Assembly: GCA_040754455.1 (NCBI GenBank)
Contig: JBFMCP010000021.1
Coordinates: forward strand, 1 to 55,234
Reading direction: 5' to 3'
DNA from: Nitrospirota bacterium
GTDB lineage: Bacteria > Nitrospirota > Thermodesulfovibrionia > Thermodesulfovibrionales > Dissulfurispiraceae
Length of the DNA: 55,234 nt
In this document: in pieces, positions 8,502 through 16,834 of the stretch
Numbering within the stretch: position 1 is the first letter of the stretch
Layout: each line of letters begins with the position of its first letter
Made by a program: the position numbers and the translations under genes
The notes under the pieces: generated by a model
What the model was told of the DNA's origin: nothing
The model's input: the letters and a program-made list of their open reading frames with translations, nothing else
Databases searched by the model: none

Positions 8502-9740
8502 GTGAAAAGAAGGGTTGTCGTAACAGGTCTTGGAGTTGTTGCTTCAAATGGTATTGGCAAGGAGGAGTTCTGGCAGGCCAATATAGAGGGGCGGTCTGGA
8601 ATCAGCCTTGTCGAAGGGTTTGATACGACAAAACTGAACACAAAGATCGCTGGACAGATAAAATCCTTTAAACCCTCGGACTATCTATCCTCTGATATCA
8701 TCAAACGGACCGACCGTTTTGTACACTTGGGAATGGCCGCTGCTAAACTGGCCATCGCTGATGCTGCATTAAACTTAGCTGTGTACGAAAGGGACAATGT
8801 CGGCGTTTGCATCGGGTCAGGTTCGGGGGGAGTTTCGTTTCACGAGGAGCAAATAATAGGGGGGATGCAGAAGGGCCTTAGCAGGATTCACCCCTCTTCT
8901 CTTCCAAAGATCACGGCGAATGCCATTGCAAGCCATATATCAATATTGTTCAATGTCACGGGGCCCAATTTAACTATTTCCAATGCATGCGCTTCAGGTA
9001 CTAATGCGGTGGGACAAGCCTTCAGAATAATACAAAACGGCGAGGCTGATATTATCATAGCCGGGGGGGCAGAAGCACCAATCACCCCTTTCTGCTTCAG
9101 TGCTTATAGCTCCATGCATGTCCTCTCGAAGCGGAATGACGCACCGAGCGAGGCAAGTCGGCCTTTTGATAAGGAACGAGATGGCTTCGTAGTAGGAGAG
9201 GGCGCCGGGATATTGATTTTGGAGGAGCTGTCGCTTGCCAGGGCACGTGGAGCGCATATTTACGCCGAAGTGATCGGATACGCCTCCAACTCCGGTGCAT
9301 ACCATATGGTTATGCCCGAACCTGAAGGAAAGGATGCAGCCAAAGTTATTGCAGCGGCGCTTAAGGATGCCGATGTCAAGATCGAAGAGATAGATTATAT
9401 CAATGCCCATGGCACATCGACGCAGGCAAATGATCGATTAGAGACAAAAGCAATTAAAGAAATTTTTGGGAAAAGGGCATATAACATCCCCATAAGTTCA
9501 ACGAAATCGATGATAGGACATTGCATAGGAGCAGCCGGGGGGATCGAAGCAGTTGTCTGTTCATTGGTACTGGAGAATAATCTTATCCCGCCGACAATTA
9601 ATTACTGTTATCACGACCCTGAATGCGACCTGGACTATGTGCCCAACAAGGCTAGGAAAGCTCGAGTGAATGTTGCTGTATCGAATTCATTTGGGTTCGG
9701 AAACAACAACGCCTGTATCGTTATGAAGAAATTCGACTAG
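8502..9740 (+). CDS. fabF: Beta-ketoacyl-ACP synthase II (FabF-like)
   Basis: RRVVVTGLG, catalytic ACASG, NAHGTST, KSMIGH, SNSFGFG. Confidence 0.9.
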   Translation: MKRRVVVTGLGVVASNGIGKEEFWQANIEGRSGISLVEGFDTTKLNTKIAGQIKSFKPSDYLSSDIIKRTDRFVHLGMAAAKLAIADAALNLAVYERDNVGVCIGSGSGGVSFHEEQIIGGMQKGLSRIHPSSLPKITANAIASHISILFNVTGPNLTISNACASGTNAVGQAFRIIQNGEADIIIAGGAEAPITPFCFSAYSSMHVLSKRNDAPSEASRPFDKERDGFVVGEGAGILILEELSLARARGAHIYAEVIGYASNSGAYHMVMPEPEGKDAAKVIAAALKDADVKIEEIDYINAHGTSTQANDRLETKAIKEIFGKRAYNIPISSTKSMIGHCIGAAGGIEAVVCSLVLENNLIPPTINYCYHDPECDLDYVPNKARKARVNVAVSNSFGFGNNNACIVMKKFD

Positions 9741-9765
9741 ACTTAGAGAACAAGGAGAGTAAACC

Positions 9766-10017
9766 ATGGCTTCAGAATTGTCACAAAACATCATTGCAAG
9801 AGAAATCATTAAAGCTCTATCCGAGGAGCTTGACATCCCGTTAACCAAAGTTACGGAAGAGTCTCTGTTGATTGAGGAGCTTGGAATAGATTCATTTAGA
9901 GCGGTTGAGCTCATGTTTCTTATCAAAGAAACGTTCAATATCGAGTATCACCCCGAAGACTTCAGGAAAGCCAGGAAAGTAAAAGATATCGTTTCTTACG
10001 TCGCATCAAAGCAATAA
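9766..10017 (+). CDS. Acyl carrier protein
   Basis: 83 aa with LGIDSF phosphopantetheine Ser motif. Confidence 0.9.
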   Translation: MASELSQNIIAREIIKALSEELDIPLTKVTEESLLIEELGIDSFRAVELMFLIKETFNIEYHPEDFRKARKVKDIVSYVASKQ

Positions 10018-10039
10018 TACACAAGTCAGAGATGGCACT

Positions 10040-11077
10040 ATGATAAGCAATGAATTCATAACTTTAGCCAGAGATACGGCGGCCTTTTTACAGAAGGTAA
10101 AAAACAAATGTGACGCGTTTGACACTCGTCATCCGTTAAGCAACGACCGCATAGTATTCGTCGAGAGTGAAAAGCATGATATTTTTAACCATCTGGACAC
10201 CTATTTTGGCGCTACTTGGCGTCTGCTGCAAAAACTTGATATGGAAAGCTATAAAGAGCATCAGCTTTTCTATCAAAAGAAACTGATCAGTCTCTTAGGC
10301 TCAAATATAGAGATCAATATGCATATTTATAAAAAGCCTTTCGGCTATGCTGGAGATTTCGTCACGATGAACTACATCTACGATTACAATTCGGGCAGGT
10401 ATTTAGGGGAATCCTCCTATGCGATGCTCATCAATAACTATACCTGCACCATTCCTTTCTCGCGATCGAATATCGCAAGAAAAGATTTTTTCAAAGAGAA
10501 AATATTGGAAACAATAAAGGAAAAGGTAACCCCGAAGATTCTGAGCGTGGGGAGTGGCCCATCACGTGAGTTGCTGGAGCTTTTGAAAGAAAAGAAGATC
10601 AACAGACCTCTCACGTTTACCTGTCTCGACTTTGAGAAGAGGGCACTCGAATACGTCAGAGATGAAATCACAAAGATAGCTGCTCCGAGCAAACAGTGCC
10701 TTTCCATCTCTTTTGTAGAGCAGGATGTTTTCAATCTGATCGATAACCAAAAAATAATGAACAAGCTGGGCGAGAACGATCTGATCTATGCATCAGGCCT
10801 CTTTGATTACCTGCGCAGACAGACGGCAAAGAACCTCTTTGCTCTCCTCTTTTCACTTTTGAAGGGAGACGGCTCTCTTATCGTCTGTAATGCAAGCATG
10901 GCAAATGACAGCCATCGAGCATATATTGAAACATTAGGTGAGTGGTACATGATCTACAGGAGCGAAGAGGAAATGCTAACATGGACGGAACGATACACGG
11001 AGGAAGCAGCTATATTTTTTGAGAAGCCCAAAGAATGCCCGAATTATCTTTTCCTTAATCTAAAAAAGAATGGATAA
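10040..11077 (+). CDS. Class I SAM-dependent methyltransferase, PhcB-like (3-hydroxy fatty acid methyl ester synthase family)
   Basis: KPFGYAGDF..MNYIY, ILSVGSGPSRE (SAM motif I), LDFE, DLIYASGLFDYL, W.MIYRSEEEM. This motif set matches my recollection of PhcB-type proteins. Confidence 0.7.
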   Translation: MISNEFITLARDTAAFLQKVKNKCDAFDTRHPLSNDRIVFVESEKHDIFNHLDTYFGATWRLLQKLDMESYKEHQLFYQKKLISLLGSNIEINMHIYKKPFGYAGDFVTMNYIYDYNSGRYLGESSYAMLINNYTCTIPFSRSNIARKDFFKEKILETIKEKVTPKILSVGSGPSRELLELLKEKKINRPLTFTCLDFEKRALEYVRDEITKIAAPSKQCLSISFVEQDVFNLIDNQKIMNKLGENDLIYASGLFDYLRRQTAKNLFALLFSLLKGDGSLIVCNASMANDSHRAYIETLGEWYMIYRSEEEMLTWTERYTEEAAIFFEKPKECPNYLFLNLKKNG

Positions 11078-13208
11078 CTTTAATCATTTTACCGTCTCGG
11101 CCTATCTCACCGCTATCACTACATTTCTGCTCGGGGTTTTCATCATTTCTCAAAAGAGATGGAGGATAAAGGTATACCGCATATTCGCTTTCTACTCTCT
11201 AAGCATATCACTATGGAGCTATTGTGCTGCCCAGTATGCCCCAGATTTCCCCGGTAATGAACTGTTCTGGGGGCGCATGCTGCATACAGGAGCGATACTT
11301 TTTACTTTACTCTTTGTGCACTTTATTTTGGTTTTTCTCGGGAAAGAGGGCGAAAACAAAAAAGTATTGCTGGTTGGCTATACAGTTGCAAGTTTCTTCT
11401 TGCTCATTAACTTATTTACTGATTTGCTGGTAAACGGGACAACTCGTAGGGTTCACTATAGCTTTCCTACTCCCTCTGGTCTCTATCCGTTCTTTGTTCT
11501 CTATTTCCTCTCCTGTGTCGTATATGGCCTGTTTAAGCTATACCAGGCATACAGGACATCCTCGGGCATCAGGGGGAATCAATTGAAATATTTCTTTGTC
11601 GCTTCCCTATTAGGATACACTGGAGGTTTAAAACACCTTTTAATACTGGTCAATTCGGAACCTTTCCCGATCTACCCGTATGGTACCTATGCAGTCCCGA
11701 TATATGTTGGTCTTATTGCTTATGCTATTGTCAGACACCGCCTTATGGATATCCATATCGCTATCAAAAAAACAATGGTTTATTCCCTCTCCGTAGGGCT
11801 CCTCACTGGCCTCTTTGTCACCCTTGTGCTGCTCCTCTCTAAGATGCTTACCGATATTGCGGGAACAAGCAGCCTCAGTGTCTATATTTTCTCAGCTCTT
11901 GTTATCGCTCTGCTTTTTAATCCCCTGAAGGTGAAGATACAATTATTTATCGATACATTATTCTCCAAGGCATCCTATAACTACTACGCTGTCATTCAAA
12001 AGGTCGGCTACGACCTCTCCTCGAAAATACAGCCGAGGGATATCCAGCAGATCGTGACCGACATCATCGTCTCTACGCTTAAGCTAAGGGATGCCTATTT
12101 CTTCAGTGCTGGAAAAAAAAGCTATTTTGCAGTATATTACAGTAAATTAAAGGGCCCCCCCGCCTCTGACGGAAAAGTGTCGCGCCATAAAATCAGGGCA
12201 AACGCCGAACTGGTCGGCCTGCTCAAAGAGAGCAGGGACGTTGCCGTTATAGAAGAACTGCCCACTCTTGTCGGGCAGCCGAGGGCTTCAGGAATCGCTC
12301 AGGAAGTAGCGCCGTTTCATGGTGAGGTTGCCGTGCCGGTTTTCATTGATGGTGACATGAACGCGATCATCGTGCTGGGGGGCAAGGTCTCGGGACATCC
12401 TTTTACGGATGACGACGTCAATCTCCTCAGGGCAATCGCAAATAATGCCTCGCTCAGCCTCAAGAGCGCGTTCCTCTACGCAGAAAAGCTGCGGTCGGAA
12501 AAGCTTGCCACCCTCGGCTCCACTGCAGCCACACTCGCCCATGAGATCAAAAACCCTCTGTCCTCCATAAAGACCTTTACCCAGTTGCTGCCCGAAAAGT
12601 ATGACGACAAGGAGTTCCGCGATACCTTTTCAGCGATCGTGCCTTCGGAGATAGAGCGGATCAACAGGCTCGTTACGGAGCTGCTCACCTTCGCCAAAGA
12701 GGCGCCCTCGGGCTCACCGATCGGGAATATAGACCTCTCTGATCTGCTTGAAGAGTGTCTGAAGCAGCTTTCCGAGCAGTTCCACAAAGACGGGATCACT
12801 GTCGTGCGGGAATTTAAAAAGCCCTGCTCCATAAAAGGTGACCATGACCGGCTCAAGCAGGCTTTTTTGAACATTCTTTCAAATAGTTGTCAGGCCATGA
12901 CCAGCGGAGGGGTTCTAAAAGTTTCAACAGGACATACAAACAATAAGGTTGTCGTTCGCATAGAGGACACCGGCGTGGGGATCGACGAAAACGATATCGA
13001 AAAAATATTTGACCCGTTCTATACGACCAAGGATATGGGTAACGGGCTCGGGCTCACGATCAGCAAAAAGATTATCGACGAGCACGAAGGAATCATCAAC
13101 GTAAAAAGCAGACCGGGAGAGGGTACGTCCTTTGCCCTGTCGTTCGACCCTGCTGAGGATACGGCGGACGACAGGGTACCGGCTGAGCAGCCGAAGCTAT
13201 GGAATTAG
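11070..13208 (+). CDS. Membrane sensor histidine kinase: HisKA_7TM-like input, GAF-like region, HisKA, HATPase
   Basis: ~9 TM segments ending YAIVRHRLMDI; LAHEIKNPL; N box NILSNS; DTGVGI; FDPFYTTK; GNGLGL. Confidence 0.9.
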   Translation: MDNFNHFTVSAYLTAITTFLLGVFIISQKRWRIKVYRIFAFYSLSISLWSYCAAQYAPDFPGNELFWGRMLHTGAILFTLLFVHFILVFLGKEGENKKVLLVGYTVASFFLLINLFTDLLVNGTTRRVHYSFPTPSGLYPFFVLYFLSCVVYGLFKLYQAYRTSSGIRGNQLKYFFVASLLGYTGGLKHLLILVNSEPFPIYPYGTYAVPIYVGLIAYAIVRHRLMDIHIAIKKTMVYSLSVGLLTGLFVTLVLLLSKMLTDIAGTSSLSVYIFSALVIALLFNPLKVKIQLFIDTLFSKASYNYYAVIQKVGYDLSSKIQPRDIQQIVTDIIVSTLKLRDAYFFSAGKKSYFAVYYSKLKGPPASDGKVSRHKIRANAELVGLLKESRDVAVIEELPTLVGQPRASGIAQEVAPFHGEVAVPVFIDGDMNAIIVLGGKVSGHPFTDDDVNLLRAIANNASLSLKSAFLYAEKLRSEKLATLGSTAATLAHEIKNPLSSIKTFTQLLPEKYDDKEFRDTFSAIVPSEIERINRLVTELLTFAKEAPSGSPIGNIDLSDLLEECLKQLSEQFHKDGITVVREFKKPCSIKGDHDRLKQAFLNILSNSCQAMTSGGVLKVSTGHTNNKVVVRIEDTGVGIDENDIEKIFDPFYTTKDMGNGLGLTISKKIIDEHEGIINVKSRPGEGTSFALSFDPAEDTADDRVPAEQPKLWN

Positions 13209-15157
13209 TGGCACTCATTTGCAGAAAGCCGGAAACTTCTGAGGCGATCAGGGGCCTCTTGCAGGACTATACTGTCTGCACGGTCAAAGACCTTGCAGAA
13301 CTGGAGGAGGCGCTCATCGATTACACGTTTGACCTCTTTGTCGTCGACACCGAGTCGGTCGAGGCCTCCCTTATCAACAGCGTCCTCAAAATGTTCGGCA
13401 AAGAGGCGGTCGTCCTCTTCAAACATCCCGGTTTCGATATGCGCAGGCTGGAAAGCATACCGCTCCATGTCACGCGCGACACCGCACCTGCCGAGCTGCA
13501 CTCCATACTGCAGATAGCGCTTGCCGCGAGAAAGGCGACCTGCCAGAGAGGCACGGCGCTTCCCAGGAACAATCATCGCCACTCCGCAGAGGACGTTGTG
13601 CATCCGGTTACCCACAAAGAAGCCCTGCCCGGCGGCCTGCACCGCCATGTGCTGGTGAATTTCGCAAAGGTCCTGACTGCGAATTTCGATATCGACAAGA
13701 TACTCGTCCATTTCATGGAATCGCTCAGCGAGATATCCCATGCCAACAAGATCTCGATCATGCTGCGGGAGGGCACCACCTTTTCCATAAAGGCCCATAA
13801 GAACATAGATCCTCACATCGCCCAGCATCTGAAGCTCAACCACAAGAGCGTGCTTCTCAGACAGCTGGCCCAAAACGGCGGGATCATACAGAGGGCCGCA
13901 GACCCCGACGATGAGGAAAAGATGAGGCTGTTCCAGGAAATGAGCCGCCTCCAGTGCGCGCTCTCGTTTCCCATGATGTACAAGGGAAAGCTCGAAGGGA
14001 TCGTCAATATCGGCGAGAAAATCACCGGCGAGCCGTTTCACAGCGACGAGCTTGAGGTGATCTATACCCTCTGCAACTATCAGGCTGCGGCAATCAAGGA
14101 CATCGACCTCTACCACCAGATTCATCGCCAGAAGGAGTTTATCAGGAACATTCTCGCCAACATGAGCAGCGGAGTCATCACGATCGATAAAAACGAGAAA
14201 GTGCGGATATTCAACCCGACGGCTTCCGAGATACTGGGCGTGCATCTCGACGATATCCTTGGAAAAGATCTCAGGAACCTCCCTTCTCCGCTGGGCGATA
14301 TTCTCTATGAAACCATGGTCGACGGGATACTCTACAAACGGCATGAGGTTCCCCTGAGGCTGAAGGGGATAGAGCTCGGGATCAACAGCTATCGTCTCTG
14401 CGACGACGGAGGCACGGTGGTCGGCGCGGGGATCATCTTCACGGATATATCAAGCCTCAAGAAGTACGAGGAGGAAAAGAGAGAGGCCGAAAAGCTCAAG
14501 CTGATGCATGTCATTACCGCGCAGATCGCCCATAACATAAAGAACCCTCTTTCGGCGATAACGACCTTTTCACAGCTCATCGACACCAAGTTCAATGATA
14601 AAGAGTTCAGGAGCTACTACAAGACGACGGTGCTGTCGTCGGTGCACCGGCTCAACACCCTTATCGACAAGATTCTCTTCCTCACCGGTTCCATTGAGTT
14701 CAACCCCGATGTCCACAATGTAAATATCATTATCAGGGATGCTGTCAGCGCCGCAAAGAAAGAGGCCCCCGACGGTGTCAACCTGACGGTACGCGAAACA
14801 GAGCGGCCTGTGTTCGTCAACGCGGACCTCTCGCTGCTTTCCAAGGCGCTCTATTATCTTATTTCATCCTTCTCCGAGAGGCTGAGACCCGGAAAGGAGC
14901 TTATCATCGAAACAAACCTCGTCGGGAACAAGGTCCCGCGCATCGAAATTGCGGTGAAGTGTCCCGATTTCCAGGTCATCGACCGTCCTGCTGATGCGAT
15001 GCCCCTGTCCGGCTCCGGTGTGGACGTGCTGGGCGAGAACCTGGATGTGGCGATCATGCAGAGAATAGCGGAGGCGCACAAAGGTGGACTGACGATAAAA
15101 GAAGTCGATTCCGGCAGCGCGCTGTTCATATCACTGCCGGTGAAGGAGGCGGCGTGA
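13199..15157 (+). CDS. Pseudo-receiver-GAF-PAS-HisKA protein with degenerate ATPase domain
   Basis: IAHNIKNPL H-box retained. N, G1, F and G2 boxes eroded (KALYYLIS, VKCPDF, GENLDVAI). Confidence 0.8.
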   Translation: MELVALICRKPETSEAIRGLLQDYTVCTVKDLAELEEALIDYTFDLFVVDTESVEASLINSVLKMFGKEAVVLFKHPGFDMRRLESIPLHVTRDTAPAELHSILQIALAARKATCQRGTALPRNNHRHSAEDVVHPVTHKEALPGGLHRHVLVNFAKVLTANFDIDKILVHFMESLSEISHANKISIMLREGTTFSIKAHKNIDPHIAQHLKLNHKSVLLRQLAQNGGIIQRAADPDDEEKMRLFQEMSRLQCALSFPMMYKGKLEGIVNIGEKITGEPFHSDELEVIYTLCNYQAAAIKDIDLYHQIHRQKEFIRNILANMSSGVITIDKNEKVRIFNPTASEILGVHLDDILGKDLRNLPSPLGDILYETMVDGILYKRHEVPLRLKGIELGINSYRLCDDGGTVVGAGIIFTDISSLKKYEEEKREAEKLKLMHVITAQIAHNIKNPLSAITTFSQLIDTKFNDKEFRSYYKTTVLSSVHRLNTLIDKILFLTGSIEFNPDVHNVNIIIRDAVSAAKKEAPDGVNLTVRETERPVFVNADLSLLSKALYYLISSFSERLRPGKELIIETNLVGNKVPRIEIAVKCPDFQVIDRPADAMPLSGSGVDVLGENLDVAIMQRIAEAHKGGLTIKEVDSGSALFISLPVKEAA

Positions 15158-15182
15158 CACAAGATAAAGGAGGGAAGCTTCC

Positions 15183-16742
15183 ATGAGCGTAGCAGAAAAA
15201 GTTTTAATCATTGACGACGATGCAGGCCCCAGAGAATCTCTGAAGATGATCATTAAGGATAGATATCCGGTGCAGACTGCACCGAACGCTATGGAGGGGT
15301 TAAAGATTCTATCGCAAGATGACATCAGCGTTATCCTGCTTGACTTGAGGATGCCGCAGATGGACGGCATTACGGCGCTTCAGGAGATTAAAAGAATCCG
15401 CCCTGATGCCGAGGTCCTGATCGTGACCGCGTATGCGTCGGTCGATACGGCCCGGAAGGCGATACAGTACGGCGCGTTCGATTACCTGCTGAAGCCCTTC
15501 GACAAGAACGATGTGCTCAGAGCGGTAGAAAAGGGCATGCACAAGCGGATGAAGGCGCAGGAGATCGAGAAGGAGCATTCCGAATTGAAGGGCCTTGTCG
15601 ATGAGCGGACGAAGGAGCTCAGGATAACGGAAAAACTCCGCACGGAATTGTTCAACCACGCCACTGACGGGATCGTTATCATGAACGCCGAGGGCATGCT
15701 CCTGGACCTCAACCCCCGTGCGTGCGAGCTGTTGGGGTACACTCTTGGAGAGCTGCTCGGGGAGAATATCGCCAGGCTCGAAGCCGGTGGAACCAAGGGA
15801 CAATGGGGAACGTACCTGCCGCGGCTGCTCAAAGGAGAGCCGCTGCTCTTCGAGACCGAGCACCGCACAAAGGCCGGCGACAAGGTTTTCCTCGAAGTAA
15901 GCGCAAAAATGATCGAGATGGACGGCGGTCAGATCATACAGGCGTTCTACCGCGACATAACCGAGAAGAAGCGGTTCCAGGAGAAGATGCTCCATTCACA
16001 GAAGATGGAGTCGATAGGGACGCTTGCTGGCGGCCTTGCCCATGATTTCAATAATATCCTCGTTGCCATTCTCGGCCAGACGGGGATGATCCTTTCGTTT
16101 GATAAGGATTCCCTCCCCGAGAAAGTGGTCAAGAAGATCGAGATCATCGAGGCAGCGGCGCAGCATGCGGCAAAAGTGGTTGCACAATTGCTGAGCTTTT
16201 CCCGGAAAGGCGACAGGGAATTTTCTCCTCTGGTGGTGAATGATGTCATCGACAGCACCTTGAGCATCGTGTCGAAGCTCGTGAATCCCAAAATCAGTAT
16301 CGAGAAGCAGCTCAGCAAGGAAGTGCGCGCAATAAAGGGCAACGTGACCCAGATCGGACAGGTGATCATGAACCTCGTGATGAATGCACGGGATGCCATG
16401 CCCGACGGGGGGACGATAACCATTTCTACAGAAATGGTCGATACCAGACGTGATAAACTCCCCCAGGGCGTGCTCGAAAACATAGCATGCACGGAGGACA
16501 ATGTGGAGGGTCTCCTTGTGTGCATGCGCGTCGCCGATACCGGGTCGGGCATGGATGAAACAACGAAGGCGCGCGCTTTTGAACCGTTCTTCACCACCAA
16601 GGAGGTTGGCAAGGGCACCGGCCTCGGGCTTGCAGCGGTCTACGGCATCGTAAAGGACCACGGCGGAGAGATCGTCCTGGACAGTGTCAAAGGGCGCGGG
16701 ACGGTGTTCACTCTGTATTTCCCTGTTCTAAAGCTTGTATAG
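15183..16742 (+). CDS. Hybrid REC-PAS-histidine kinase
   Basis: VLIIDDD, LLDLRMP, KPF; PAS; AHDFNN; NARDAM; DTGSGM; GTGLGL. Confidence 0.9.
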   Translation: MSVAEKVLIIDDDAGPRESLKMIIKDRYPVQTAPNAMEGLKILSQDDISVILLDLRMPQMDGITALQEIKRIRPDAEVLIVTAYASVDTARKAIQYGAFDYLLKPFDKNDVLRAVEKGMHKRMKAQEIEKEHSELKGLVDERTKELRITEKLRTELFNHATDGIVIMNAEGMLLDLNPRACELLGYTLGELLGENIARLEAGGTKGQWGTYLPRLLKGEPLLFETEHRTKAGDKVFLEVSAKMIEMDGGQIIQAFYRDITEKKRFQEKMLHSQKMESIGTLAGGLAHDFNNILVAILGQTGMILSFDKDSLPEKVVKKIEIIEAAAQHAAKVVAQLLSFSRKGDREFSPLVVNDVIDSTLSIVSKLVNPKISIEKQLSKEVRAIKGNVTQIGQVIMNLVMNARDAMPDGGTITISTEMVDTRRDKLPQGVLENIACTEDNVEGLLVCMRVADTGSGMDETTKARAFEPFFTTKEVGKGTGLGLAAVYGIVKDHGGEIVLDSVKGRGTVFTLYFPVLKLV

Positions 16743-16810
16743 CGGCTCCCGGAGTGTTTCCAGAGGAAGGCTTATAGTTTCAGAAACGCGAAACCACCAG
16801 CCTCGAAATC

Positions 16811-16819
16811 TGGTATAAT
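16811..16819 (+). promoter_or_regulatory. Extended -10 promoter element
   Basis: TGgTATAAT 15 nt upstream of ATG 16835. Confidence 0.5.
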
Positions 16820-16834
16820 GTACTCACGTTTATC

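Noticed and set aside
8502..10017. fabF-ACP as core fatty-acid synthesis or a type II PKS/aryl-polyene cluster
   Set aside because: No fabD/fabG/fabH, chain-length factor, dehydratase or cyclase is adjacent; the context is a methyltransferase plus sensors.
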